DNA from: Nitratidesulfovibrio vulgaris str. Hildenborough
Lineage (GTDB): Bacteria > Desulfobacterota > Desulfovibrionia > Desulfovibrionales > Desulfovibrionaceae
Assembly (NCBI RefSeq): GCF_000195755.1
Contig: NC_002937.3
Coordinates: 2,100,001 to 2,132,000 of the forward strand
Reading direction: 5' to 3'
DNA length: 32,000 nucleotides
Below the pieces are notes generated by a model. The model saw nothing but the letters and a program-made list of their open reading frames with translations, had not been told where the DNA came from and did no database searches. Position numbers and translations under genes: made by a program. Numbering within the stretch: the first letter of the stretch is position 1; each line of letters begins with the position of its first letter. Shown piece after piece: positions 9,301-16,387 of this stretch.

Positions 9301-9851
9301 GTGGATTCATAGGCCGACTTGAACTTGTCATAGAGGCCACGGCTGTCGAGATCGCGCTCGAATTGGGCGATGTGCCCCTGCTTGCCGTAGTAACCGCACA
9401 TCTCGTCAAAGACCTTGACGAAGACAGCGAGGAGCGCATCGATCTGGGTCTTGCTGATGACATCCGCTTTCTGGTCGATGTTGAACAGAATACTTTTCGA
9501 CGGGATGGCAACGGCTCGCTTGAGATCACCGCGAAGGATTTCGTTGTCGCCACACTTGGGCAGGAACAGGTCAAGAGCCGAGGCCCCGTCGATCTGCCGG
9601 TTTTCGAGCAAGAGCGCCAGCATCTTTAACAGGTGGGATTTACCTGATCCGAAGAAGCCGGAAACCCAAACGCCGTTGGCACCTTCATAGTTGTTGTAGG
9701 CATCAAGAAAGGATTCAAGCCGTTTCTCGACTTCGTTGGTCAGTACGTATTCTTCAATTTCGAGGCGAAGGCTGGCTTCATCGTCAGCTTTGATGACCCC
9801 TTCAATCGGGCGGTCAACTGGCTTGTTAAAAATGGTCTTAAGAGTCATCAC
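6300..9851 (-). CDS. brxC: BrxC/PglY, large BREX P-loop ATPase
   Basis: 1183-aa ORF with Walker A GFFGSGKSH at residues 65-73. The N-terminus MMTLKTIFNKPVDRPIEGVIKADD is typical of BrxC as I recall it. It starts 11 nt after the brxB stop. Confidence 0.9.
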   Translation of the reverse strand: MMTLKTIFNKPVDRPIEGVIKADDEASLRLEIEEYVLTNEVEKRLESFLDAYNNYEGANGVWVSGFFGSGKSHLLKMLALLLENRQIDGASALDLFLPKCGDNEILRGDLKRAVAIPSKSILFNIDQKADVISKTQIDALLAVFVKVFDEMCGYYGKQGHIAQFERDLDSRGLYDKFKSAYESTAGRTWQKGREQALLEGKSIAKAYAHATGGDEASAMGILDKYRSQYRVSIEDFAEQVHAYIERQSPDFRLNFFVDEVGQYIAENIKLMTNLQTIAESMATKCRGRAWVIVTAQEDMGTVVGEMGKQQGNDFSKIQARFANRMKLTSADVAEVIQKRLLMKTEEGVRLLSDIYYAQSNNFKTLFDFADGSQTYRNYQDRDHFIHSYPFIPYQFALFQSAIQNLSQHNAFEGKHSSVGERSMLGVFQQVAIQIGGHEIGQLATFDLMFEGIRSALKSNIQRAIIQAENHLDGPFAIRLLKTLFLVKYVKEFKPTVRNLCVLMLDGFNQDLPALRKRVEEALSLLEQQTYVQRNGDLYEYLTDEEKDVEQEIKNTEVESSDVAAELEKIVFDHVIKHRKIRYDENGQDYPFSRKLDDRLHGREYELAIHVISPFHENAESESILQLQNTGRDELLVLLPADERLVRDILMYKRTEKYIRQNISITQQEAVKRILTDKGFQNRQRYAELLQRVHSLMGKAKLFVAGADIEIGSEDAQTRVLRGFHELISRAYPNLRMLRGITYTENDIAKCLKHSQHGLFGNDVTHLAESEQELLAFIQSNNRGGVRSTLKNLLEKFERKPYGWYYAAVLCTLANLCARGKVEVRADGNLLEEDELERVLRNTHGHGNVVLEPQVEFTASQVRALKEFFEDFFDAPPRASEAKALGKETGTALQDLMHQLSPLAAQASQYPFLNTLTPVIEKLKALSGKPYTWYLTELTRQEDALLTMKESVIDPVRKFMNGPQKDIFDNARKFVQTQEPNFAYLEGDEAAQVVACLTDPECFKGNCMQQVKTQVETLQGKVAAQIEAEIAKAKEAVAALKARLCGMAEFGALNGEQQEQITRPFNEFDSGIERQKLIAVIRDTLRRFEESDYQRLLSQMTSWAQPAPAPEPAPEPGKTATPDAGLSPTPPVKPEPRIEYVPSRSVKVSFDKAWLADETDVERYLESMREALLDEIRKGKRIQI

Positions 9852-9862
9852 GCTTCCCTCGT

Positions 9863-10474
9863 TTATACTTCGCAGTGAAAGATGTTGAACGCCCGGTAGT
9901 ACTTGTCGTCATGCAGCCTTCCGAAGAGATCGAGCGATGCTCCAGACTCCAGGGAGTGGGTGTAGGCTCCTGGGAAAAACATGACGGTCGGCTTTTCTTT
10001 CGCCGTGCTCTGCAAATTGTTCAAGACGTTGTGCGAACGGATATAGGGGAACACTTCGCCAACGCCGGACAGAAAAAGAACCTCGAAATCGATGCTTGCC
10101 AGTTTGGCCGCAATCGCCGGAACAAGATGCGCTTCGGGGTCCAGCACGCCTTGCAACAGTTCTTTGAGCTGCTCTTTGGAGACTGAATCCTCCATCTCGA
10201 CAATCTGGTCCCAGATGTCACGCTCTTTGAGTATTTCTATCGAAATGTCATACAGATTGATTTCCAGAATCCGAATACCGGCCTGCTCAAGGCGATTAAC
10301 CAGCTGACGCTGTAGCCGCTCCATTTCGACGGACTCTTCCGGCTTGTAAGGGCAGATAAAGAACGGGACCTCGTTGCCGAGACCTTGCTTGTTGAGAAAA
10401 CGCTGGCCTGAGATCACAGCAAAGAGATGCTGAAATCTGTCCTGCATCGGCATTCTGGCTATATCTGCTGTCAC
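9863..10474 (-). CDS. brxB: BrxB (DUF1788 family)
   Basis: 203-aa ORF. NEVPFFICPYKPEE...LFLSGVGEVFPYIRSHNVLNNLQ...PTVMFFPG matches my memory of DUF1788/BrxB. Its start shares one nt with the brxA stop. Confidence 0.85.
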   Translation of the reverse strand: MTADIARMPMQDRFQHLFAVISGQRFLNKQGLGNEVPFFICPYKPEESVEMERLQRQLVNRLEQAGIRILEINLYDISIEILKERDIWDQIVEMEDSVSKEQLKELLQGVLDPEAHLVPAIAAKLASIDFEVLFLSGVGEVFPYIRSHNVLNNLQSTAKEKPTVMFFPGAYTHSLESGASLDLFGRLHDDKYYRAFNIFHCEV

Positions 10475-11085
10475 TACGCCATCCCCTCCACGTAGGGTTC
10501 AAAGATAGGGAAGTATAAGAGCTCACTGCGGCTACCTTGATGAATTGCTTCTAATAGTCGCGGGCTGAGCATAGCTGCTTGTATCAAGTTGTTGGGCGAA
10601 AGGAGGTCGGCCTCACGAAGTATCTTGAATAGGACTTGTCGCAGTTTGCATCGCGTTGCGGGTGTGATCTCGTCCAATTCCAAGTGCCATTCGGATTTCC
10701 GGTTGAAGAAGGAATCAAAATCTTCGTTGGTCAGATCAGTTTTCAGTGTGATGTAACGCTCTCTAAGCACTTCGACGGCAAAATCAGCAATAAATCTGTA
10801 CCGACGACAAACTGCGAGCCAAAGGAGATACGCCTGCTCTTGGTGGCTTCCACCAACAAGGAATGCAAGTTCGTCTGGGCTAAACGTCCTCAATCGAGAG
10901 AGTACCTCGCTGAAGACTCGTTTGAGCGTATTCAATGTTCTGGTTTGTAGTAAATTTTCTGCGATGACCTTGCCTCGAACAGAATTCCAATCTCCAAGGT
11001 CAAGATATAGCGTGGCCAGTTTCACCGATTCATGAAGAAAGAGGCCGCCTGTTGTAAAAGACATAATGTATCTAAATCTAACCAT
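10474..11085 (-). CDS. brxA: BrxA (DUF1819 family)
   Basis: 203-aa ORF and first gene of the operon. Its size and position (before brxB) and its helical, Leu-rich sequence (FTTGGLFLHESVKLATLYLDLGDW...) fit DUF1819. The start is uncertain: ATG 11085 or ATG 11064 (MSFTTGG), and neither has a clear SD. Confidence 0.75.
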   Translation of the reverse strand: MVRFRYIMSFTTGGLFLHESVKLATLYLDLGDWNSVRGKVIAENLLQTRTLNTLKRVFSEVLSRLRTFSPDELAFLVGGSHQEQAYLLWLAVCRRYRFIADFAVEVLRERYITLKTDLTNEDFDSFFNRKSEWHLELDEITPATRCKLRQVLFKILREADLLSPNNLIQAAMLSPRLLEAIHQGSRSELLYFPIFEPYVEGMA

Positions 11086-11167
11086 GCCAATAAAGTCCGT
11101 TTGATGGTGGTCGGGCCTGATATCGTCGACAATCTTTTTTTCGCATCTAAACGCCTTTTACTCCACA

Positions 11168-11380
11168 CTATCGATATAATTCTTTGGCTTTCCCAAGCTC
11201 CTGAACAATCTGCTGTCTCAGGTGTTGAGGGGAGATCAGCTCAGCATGGGTGCCAAAGCTGAGCACCCATGACGTCAACTCGGCTTCACTTCGGGCTGCA
11301 AGCTCAAGGATGACACCGCCGTCTTCTTGCGCAGTCAGTGACTGCTCCGTGCTCCATCTTCTCTCCCGTATATATGGTGC
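11168..11380 (-). pseudogene. brxR: 3' fragment (last 68 codons + stop) of the IS-split WYL regulator (brxR-like)
   Basis: The frame reads ...APYIRERRWSTEQSLTAQEDGGVILELAARSEAELTSWVLSFGTHAELISPQHLRQQIVQELGKAKELYR*. It joins in frame to the 5' part at 12692 once the IS and one copy of the 5-bp duplication are removed. Confidence 0.85.
11376..11380. repeat. Target-site duplication GGTGC (left copy)
   Basis: Identical pentamers lie immediately outside both IS ends (11376..11380 and 12692..12696). Confidence 0.85.
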
Positions 11381-11439
11381 TGGAGTAGCCCCCAATTAGG
11401 CCGGACCTCTCTGCCAACCGAAGAGGTAGTGCTAGAGGT

Positions 11440-11838
11440 ATGTCCAGACAGAGTGCTAAAGAGATTTCCACGGTCGAGGTCGTGACCATGGTTCAACGTC
11501 GTCGTTGGACCATTGCCGAGAAGCTACGGGTAGTTGAAGAGTCGTCTTTACCCGGAATGAGCGTCTCCTTCGTGGCTCGCAAATACGGCATCGCTCCGAA
11601 TCTTGTCTTTCGATGGAGAAAGCTCATGAGCGATGGCGGAAAAGTGGCTATTCAGGCCGACGACCGAGTGGTGAGCGTGGCAGAGGCGAAGGCTTTGAAG
11701 AAGCGCATTCGGGATTTGGAACGGCTTCTCGGCCGAAAGACGATGGAAGTCGAAATCCTGAAGGAAGCTATCGACATTGCACGCGAAAAAAAACTGATCT
11801 CGCGTTCGCCGTTGCCATTCGAGGACGGTTCCCTATGA
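11440..11838 (+). CDS. IS3-family transposase OrfA (HTH protein, InsC-like)
   Basis: 132-aa ORF. ...RRRWTIAEKLRVVEESSLPGMSVSFVARKYGIAPNLVFRWRK...LERLLGRKTMEVEILKEAIDIAREKK parallels IS2 OrfA. An SD-like AGAGG lies before the ATG. Confidence 0.9.
   Translation: MSRQSAKEISTVEVVTMVQRRRWTIAEKLRVVEESSLPGMSVSFVARKYGIAPNLVFRWRKLMSDGGKVAIQADDRVVSVAEAKALKKRIRDLERLLGRKTMEVEILKEAIDIAREKKLISRSPLPFEDGSL
11786..11793 (+). promoter_or_regulatory. A8 slippery run, probable -1 programmed frameshift site producing OrfAB
   Basis: GAAAAAAAAC lies near the 3' end of orfA, and the orfB frame is already open upstream of it (frame open from 11613). Confidence 0.55.
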
Positions 11839-12677
11839 AGCGTGTAGCGGACTCCCTGCAAGTCTCCCGTTCGCGTTTGGCAGAGCGGCTTGACGGTCCA
11901 CATCGTACCAGAAAGCCTCGTTACGTGAAGGCGCAGGATGAGGAATTGCTTCGTCTCATCCGTGCCATTCTTGATGAGCGGCAAACCTACGGCTATCGGC
12001 GGATACAGGCGTGCCTCAATGCCCATTTGAGAGCTACAGGGCAATCTGAAGTCAATCACAAGCGCGTTTACCGCATCATGCGGATGAATGGCCTGTTGCT
12101 CACCCGTCATAACGGCAAACGTCCAGACAAGGCGCACGAAGGCAAGATTGTTACTCTGCACCGCAATACACGATGGTGTTCTGATGGGTTTGAGATCCCA
12201 TGCGATAACCGGGAGGTCGTGCGTGTCGCGTTCGTCCTCGATTCGTGCGACCGGGAAGTCATCAGCTACGTTGCGACGACCAGGGGCATCTCAGGCTCTA
12301 TGGTCCGCGATCTGATGCTGGAAAGCGTGGAGCGCCGATTCGGCAATGCGCACACGTCCCATACAGTGGAATGGCTTTCAGACAATGGATCTTGTTATAC
12401 TGCGAAGGAAACAGTGGAGTTTGCCTCGTGGCTAGGCCTGCGAAGCTGCTTTACCCCGGTGCGCAGTCCAGAGAGCAATGGCATGGCAGAGGCATTCGTG
12501 AAGACATTCAAGCGTGATTACGTTGACTGCAACATCTGTCCCGACGCACCGAGCGTTCTGAAGCGCCTTTCCGAGTGGTTCGAAGACTACAACGAAAATG
12601 CTCCACACAAGGGATTACGGATGCGCTCGCCAAGACAATTCATCCGACTGTCAGCAACCGCAGGGTGTCCGGTTTAG
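11835..12677 (+). CDS. IS3-family transposase OrfB (DDE integrase-fold catalytic domain, InsD-like)
   Basis: The ATG overlaps the orfA stop (ATGA 11835..11838). MKRVADSLQVSRSRL...YGYRRIQACL...NTRWCSDGFEI...VLDSCDREVISY...WLSDNGSCYTA...RSPESNGMAEAFVKTFKRDY is IS2 InsD-like, with D, D and E in the expected contexts. Confidence 0.9.
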   Translation: MKRVADSLQVSRSRLAERLDGPHRTRKPRYVKAQDEELLRLIRAILDERQTYGYRRIQACLNAHLRATGQSEVNHKRVYRIMRMNGLLLTRHNGKRPDKAHEGKIVTLHRNTRWCSDGFEIPCDNREVVRVAFVLDSCDREVISYVATTRGISGSMVRDLMLESVERRFGNAHTSHTVEWLSDNGSCYTAKETVEFASWLGLRSCFTPVRSPESNGMAEAFVKTFKRDYVDCNICPDAPSVLKRLSEWFEDYNENAPHKGLRMRSPRQFIRLSATAGCPV

Positions 12678-13482
12678 CGGGGGCAACTCCAGGTGCAACA
12701 GACCGATCGAAGCGAATGCGGGCCTTAAATGGCTCCTGCGGCATTAGTCCAAACAGCCCCTCTGCCTCGCTCGGAGGCAAAGGGAGATTGAATGTTCTGC
12801 GCGTAGGAATGACAGATTTGAATCTATGGAGTGCCAGCAGCATTGGATGTACTGGTTCAGGTGTTCCTTTAGGAGTAACTTTCCATGCAGATACATACAG
12901 CGCCTCGCGATACGCGATGATGCGCATGGGGGCGATTTCATGGAGCTTGGGCTGGTCCAGGTTTGCTGCAAGATATTCTATTTCACATACATGTTTTTCA
13001 CGAATCGACTGCAGTAGCGCGTCAAGAAAACCATGGAACGGTGTATAATCGATCTGGCCACGGACTGAAACCTGGATGTACGAGTCCATAGCTTGGCATC
13101 GCTGCTCTGGTTCCGGGAGGAGAACAGTTGTCTGGCGGATAGTTCGCGCCACAGATGCTCGGAGATCATCAGGAAGCAAATGCATAACGAGGTCACGGCA
13201 AAGAACAAGCTGGCTAATTTCGGCTGGGGTCAGAGAAACGTGTGGCTGCTTTTTTGGGGCGCAGATGCGATAAAAGCAGGTACGTGAGCGCGTTTCACGT
13301 TCAATCTTGGCTTCGTGGCTTAGTTCGATCTCTTCAAGGAGCCTAGAGATCGTTTGTTTGGAGCATTTGAATATCTGGGCAAGGTCCGGAAGGGAATACC
13401 ATTCCCCAGAGAAAAGTAGGAGGCTGAACAAGCCGAGAAGCTTGCGCGAAGGGGAGGCCTCTTGGTTGATCTTGCGGGGCAT
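12640..13482 (-). pseudogene. brxR: 5' part of the WYL-domain transcriptional regulator (BrxR-like), truncated by IS insertion; the current frame runs 16 codons into the IS
   Basis: The N-terminal wHTH is SLPDLAQIFKCSKQTISRLLEEIE. The central WYL-type beta domain is VCEIEYLAANLDQPKLHEIAPMRIIAYREALYVSAWKV...LALHRFKSV. Native sequence ends at ...FDRSVAP (nt 12692), followed by the IS-encoded GVAPAKPDTLRLLTVG*. It lies upstream of brxA and on the same strand. Confidence 0.8.
12692..12696. repeat. Target-site duplication GGTGC (right copy)
   Basis: See the left copy. Confidence 0.85.
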
Positions 13483-13504
13483 ACATGATTCTCCTAGGCG
13501 AAAA

Positions 13505-13516
13505 ATCTCATGAGAT
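13505..13516. promoter_or_regulatory. Perfect 12-bp palindrome ATCTCATGAGAT, 23 nt upstream of the brxR ATG; candidate operator
   Basis: The palindrome is read directly from the sequence. Its location between the presumed brxR promoter and the start codon would suit autoregulation. There is no functional evidence. Confidence 0.3.
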
Positions 13517-13913
13517 AATGCCAGATTATGGAATCAATGAGAAGTAATTTTGCGTTTACTGTCTTGGGCGTATCTACCGGATGTGCAACGGGGTGAGGCG
13601 GTCAGAGGGAAGTAATGAAAAAGGATTTGTAATTCACGATAGGGTCGATCTGCGTTGAGTAGCCCCTATTTGGCCAGTAGCACATTTTTGGGCACAGCTA
13701 ACCGCATACTGTGCAGCGACGGCCGCAGGACTTTCAATCCTCTTTGTCATTCCTGTCGCTGCAGCAAGACGGCACGAAGAGTATTGAGCAATGACCACAA
13801 GGGACACAGCGCTATAATCAACTGCGAGTCTGTATCCAGCAATAACTATTCGTAATTCATTATTTTTTAGATATATATTACACTTTTGAATCCCCAGCCT
13901 TTTACTTAAAAAC

Positions 13914-13950
13914 AGCCCTAATACCCTGTGTATCAGGGCTTTTCTCTTTC
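13914..13950 (+). terminator. Hairpin + T-run (AGCCCTAATA-ccctgtg-TATCAGGGCT TTTCTCTTT) directly before the ERF ribosome-binding site; terminator or leader attenuator
   Basis: The stem is 6 bp + 3 bp with one mismatch, with a T-rich tail at 13940..13949. It is preceded by a very AT-rich stretch (13861..13895). Confidence 0.35.
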
Positions 13951-13962
13951 CAAGGAGACGCC

Positions 13963-14676
13963 ATGGACAGTCTTCAGTACACCTCCCCAGAGGTCATCGA
14001 CCTCGCCAAGGCCCTCATTGCCGTTCAGCACACCCTGCAACCGGCCATCAAGGACCGTGAGAATCCGTTCGCCAAATCCCGTTACGCCACACTCAACTCC
14101 GTCATGGATTCCTGCCGCGACGCGCTGCTGACCAATGGCATCTGGGTGACCCAGTATCCGGTCCCGGCAGAGGTTGGGCACCTCGGCCTCGTCACCAAAC
14201 TCACGCACGCGGAATCCGGCCAGTGGCAGTCGTCGCTGCTGGTCATGCCCCTGCCCAGATCCGACCCGCAGGGGTATGGCAGCGCCATGACCTATGCCCG
14301 TCGCTACGCGCTTTCGGCCATGCTTGGCATGGTGACGGAGGATGATGACGACGGCGAAGCTGCTTCCAGCGATACGTCTGCCAGACCACGCGCAGCACGT
14401 CAGCCCCGGCAAAAGGCGGAAGGGAGCGCCGCAACTGCCCATGTACAGCCAGTTCCCCACACTGAGTCACGCCCCATGCCGCCAGACAAGGCCCTACACC
14501 CGGCCTTGGCATCGCTGCCAAAGCTGGATGGGGTAACCTACACGACGGCCACCACGCAGGATGGCCGTCTTTGCGTTATGGCGTCCGGCAACACGTCTGC
14601 CAGAAAGCAACTTCTTGGGGCAGCTGGCTTTCGCTGGAACCCGGAGCGAAAGGTCTGGTGGCGTTATGCCGACTGA
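13963..14676 (+). CDS. ERF-family single-strand annealing protein (recombinase)
   Basis: 237-aa ORF with SD AAGGAG. ...KDRENPFAKSRYATLNSVMDSCRDALLTNGIWVTQ...THAESGQWQSS...PQGYGSAMTYARRYALSAMLGMVTEDDDDGE follows the ERF superfamily consensus as I recall it. Confidence 0.85.
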   Translation: MDSLQYTSPEVIDLAKALIAVQHTLQPAIKDRENPFAKSRYATLNSVMDSCRDALLTNGIWVTQYPVPAEVGHLGLVTKLTHAESGQWQSSLLVMPLPRSDPQGYGSAMTYARRYALSAMLGMVTEDDDDGEAASSDTSARPRAARQPRQKAEGSAATAHVQPVPHTESRPMPPDKALHPALASLPKLDGVTYTTATTQDGRLCVMASGNTSARKQLLGAAGFRWNPERKVWWRYAD

Positions 14677-14695
14677 ACACGGTACCAACAGACAT

Positions 14696-14729
14696 GAAGC
14701 GGGGAGGGCCATACGGCTCTCCCCGCTTC
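14696..14729 (+). promoter_or_regulatory. Perfect 11-bp stem hairpin GAAGCGGGGAG-(12 nt)-CTCCCCGCTTC between the ERF and exonuclease genes
   Basis: Read directly from the sequence. There is no clear T tail (ATTCGTATGG follows), so it is more likely an RNA processing/stability or attenuation element than a strong terminator. Confidence 0.5.
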
Positions 14730-14747
14730 ATTCGTATGGAGCAATGC

Positions 14748-16019
14748 ATGCATACCAAGAGCACGCAACCTCATGATGGGGAACTAACTCCAGCCTCCCC
14801 ACTCACCCACAACAACCCGCCCTCTGAGGCCCCTCTCGACGTGCTGCATACAGCACTTTACGCGCATAGCCTTCAGGCGACACAAAGCCAGCTGGGCAAT
14901 CGGAGTGCCTACATCGGCATGTCGGATGTAGGGCATGCGGTCGAGTGTTTGCGATCAGCTGTCGCACGCAAGCTGAGCACTTCCGGCCCCACGACTACGC
15001 CTGCGCTCAAACGTCTGCTGACCCTGCAACGTGGCCACTGGCAGGAGCAGGGCATCATGGAGGCACTTTCCGCCACTGGGCATACCTTCATTCCGCAACT
15101 GGAGATTGCAGCTGCCTTCCATGGCGTCCCGATCAGAGCGCATCTCGACCTCACGCTTATACGATCGAACCCACACCCCTGCATTCAGGTCTGGGAGCTC
15201 AAGAGCAACCAGCGCCTGCCTGAAACCCTCTATACAGCCAACGAGGTACAGCTATACGGCCAGATAGGCTTGTTGCATGCCTGTTGGAATCGACCGTGCT
15301 TCAGCGTTCGGGACGCATCCGGCCATCTCGTCCTCAATCGCAAGACCTTTCCGGAAGCTGCATACCAGCTGTTTCAGATTGATCTGCCAGACTCGCCCGA
15401 GCAAACTGCCGTCGAAGGCTACGTGCTTTCCGTTGCCATGTCGGATGCCAAGGCCTTCGGGCCTTATCCACCTGATCGGAACATGCTTGGAGTCTGCCTG
15501 CGCACAGCCGCTACCCTTTGGCAAACCATGCAGACCGTGGCCACGGGCAGTTTGTCACTTGATGACGTGCCGACATGCCAAGGCTTTCACCCTCTATGCG
15601 ACTGGTGCGATGCCAACGGCGATTGCCCCAAGTTCAAGCCCGTCTGCCAAGACGGCGAACCTATCACCCTAGACGATGAATACGCCGAGTATCTTGCCCA
15701 ACTGACACAGCTGAAGGAACGGAAGCGATCTCTGGAAGGGGACATCGCAGAGATGGAGGACACCCTGCGCAGCGCATGGCACTGCCTGACAAGCGCTGCG
15801 TCCTCTCAATCACCGGGCTGGATAGTAGCGGGCAACTACCGGTTCAAGACAGCAGCCGTACCGGGCAGAAGTACGCTGGACCAGACGATGCTCAAAGAGG
15901 AGGTCACAAAGCTCACACATGACGAGCAGGCGACTGAGGCACTCCTCTCGCATTGCCGCAAGACAGGCGCCCAGCATGAACGGCTGACCATCAGCCCCAT
16001 CAACACCAAAGGAGCATGA
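14748..16019 (+). CDS. Cas4/RecB-like PD-(D/E)xK exonuclease with C-terminal Cys cluster (probable 4Fe-4S)
   Basis: The nuclease motif is HLDLTLIRSNPHPCIQVWELKSNQ (D...ELK). The Cys cluster is C-x8-CDWCDANGDC (CxxCx5C). Coiled-coil-like and C-terminal regions follow. I chose start ATG 14748 because of SD GGAG 6 nt upstream and because it lies after the hairpin. The track start 14571 and the ATGs at 14694/14736 are alternatives. Confidence 0.75.
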   Translation: MHTKSTQPHDGELTPASPLTHNNPPSEAPLDVLHTALYAHSLQATQSQLGNRSAYIGMSDVGHAVECLRSAVARKLSTSGPTTTPALKRLLTLQRGHWQEQGIMEALSATGHTFIPQLEIAAAFHGVPIRAHLDLTLIRSNPHPCIQVWELKSNQRLPETLYTANEVQLYGQIGLLHACWNRPCFSVRDASGHLVLNRKTFPEAAYQLFQIDLPDSPEQTAVEGYVLSVAMSDAKAFGPYPPDRNMLGVCLRTAATLWQTMQTVATGSLSLDDVPTCQGFHPLCDWCDANGDCPKFKPVCQDGEPITLDDEYAEYLAQLTQLKERKRSLEGDIAEMEDTLRSAWHCLTSAASSQSPGWIVAGNYRFKTAAVPGRSTLDQTMLKEEVTKLTHDEQATEALLSHCRKTGAQHERLTISPINTKGA

Positions 16020-16387
16020 CCATGGGATACGTAAGCGATGTGGCGCTGTGCCTCTCAGGAGCAGCGGCCACCAGACTGAATGAAGCTCTCGTAGCGGCCA
16101 GACAGACCATGCCAACCACAAGCTATGAGGATATTGAACGCTTTCTGAAGTCGGCTCTGCAAGGCACGGACACGGATAGCGGCTGTGTCCTCTACTTCTG
16201 GGAAACCATCAAGTGGTACGATGAGTTCACCGAGGTGGGTTTTCTCAACAGGTTCGTCACCTCTTTAGACGGAGAGGAGTACCTGTTTCTCCGCATCGGA
16301 GAAGATCACGACGACAACGTCAGCACGGGCTGGATGTACGACAACCCGTTCGACGTGCGCATCGTGCGGGAAATCCAGTTTGCTTAG
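16016..16387 (+). CDS. Acidic 123-aa hypothetical protein, translationally coupled to the exonuclease gene
   Basis: The ATG overlaps the upstream stop (ATGA 16016..16019). By my count it has about 21 D/E versus about 9 K/R. I recognise no motif. Confidence 0.6.
   Translation: MTMGYVSDVALCLSGAAATRLNEALVAARQTMPTTSYEDIERFLKSALQGTDTDSGCVLYFWETIKWYDEFTEVGFLNRFVTSLDGEEYLFLRIGEDHDDNVSTGWMYDNPFDVRIVREIQFA

Larger units (their letters stand above)
11381..12691 (+). mobile_element. Intact IS3-family insertion sequence, IS2 group (1311 bp)
   Basis: Terminal inverted repeats are TGGAGTAGCCCCCAATTAGGCCGGAC (left) and, as the reverse complement of the right end, TGGAGTTGCCCCCGCTAAACCGGAC. These resemble the IS2 ends as I recall them. 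It has two overlapping transposase ORFs and a 5-bp TSD. Confidence 0.9.

Noticed and set aside
13933-14460. 175-aa minus-strand ORF
   Set aside because: It is antisense to the ERF gene, which matches a known family consensus.
14571-14747. Extended start of the exonuclease ORF as listed in the track
   Set aside because: It would overlap the ERF gene by about 100 nt and run through the 11-bp-stem hairpin. ATG 14748 has a properly spaced GGAG. ATG 14694 and 14736 remain possible.
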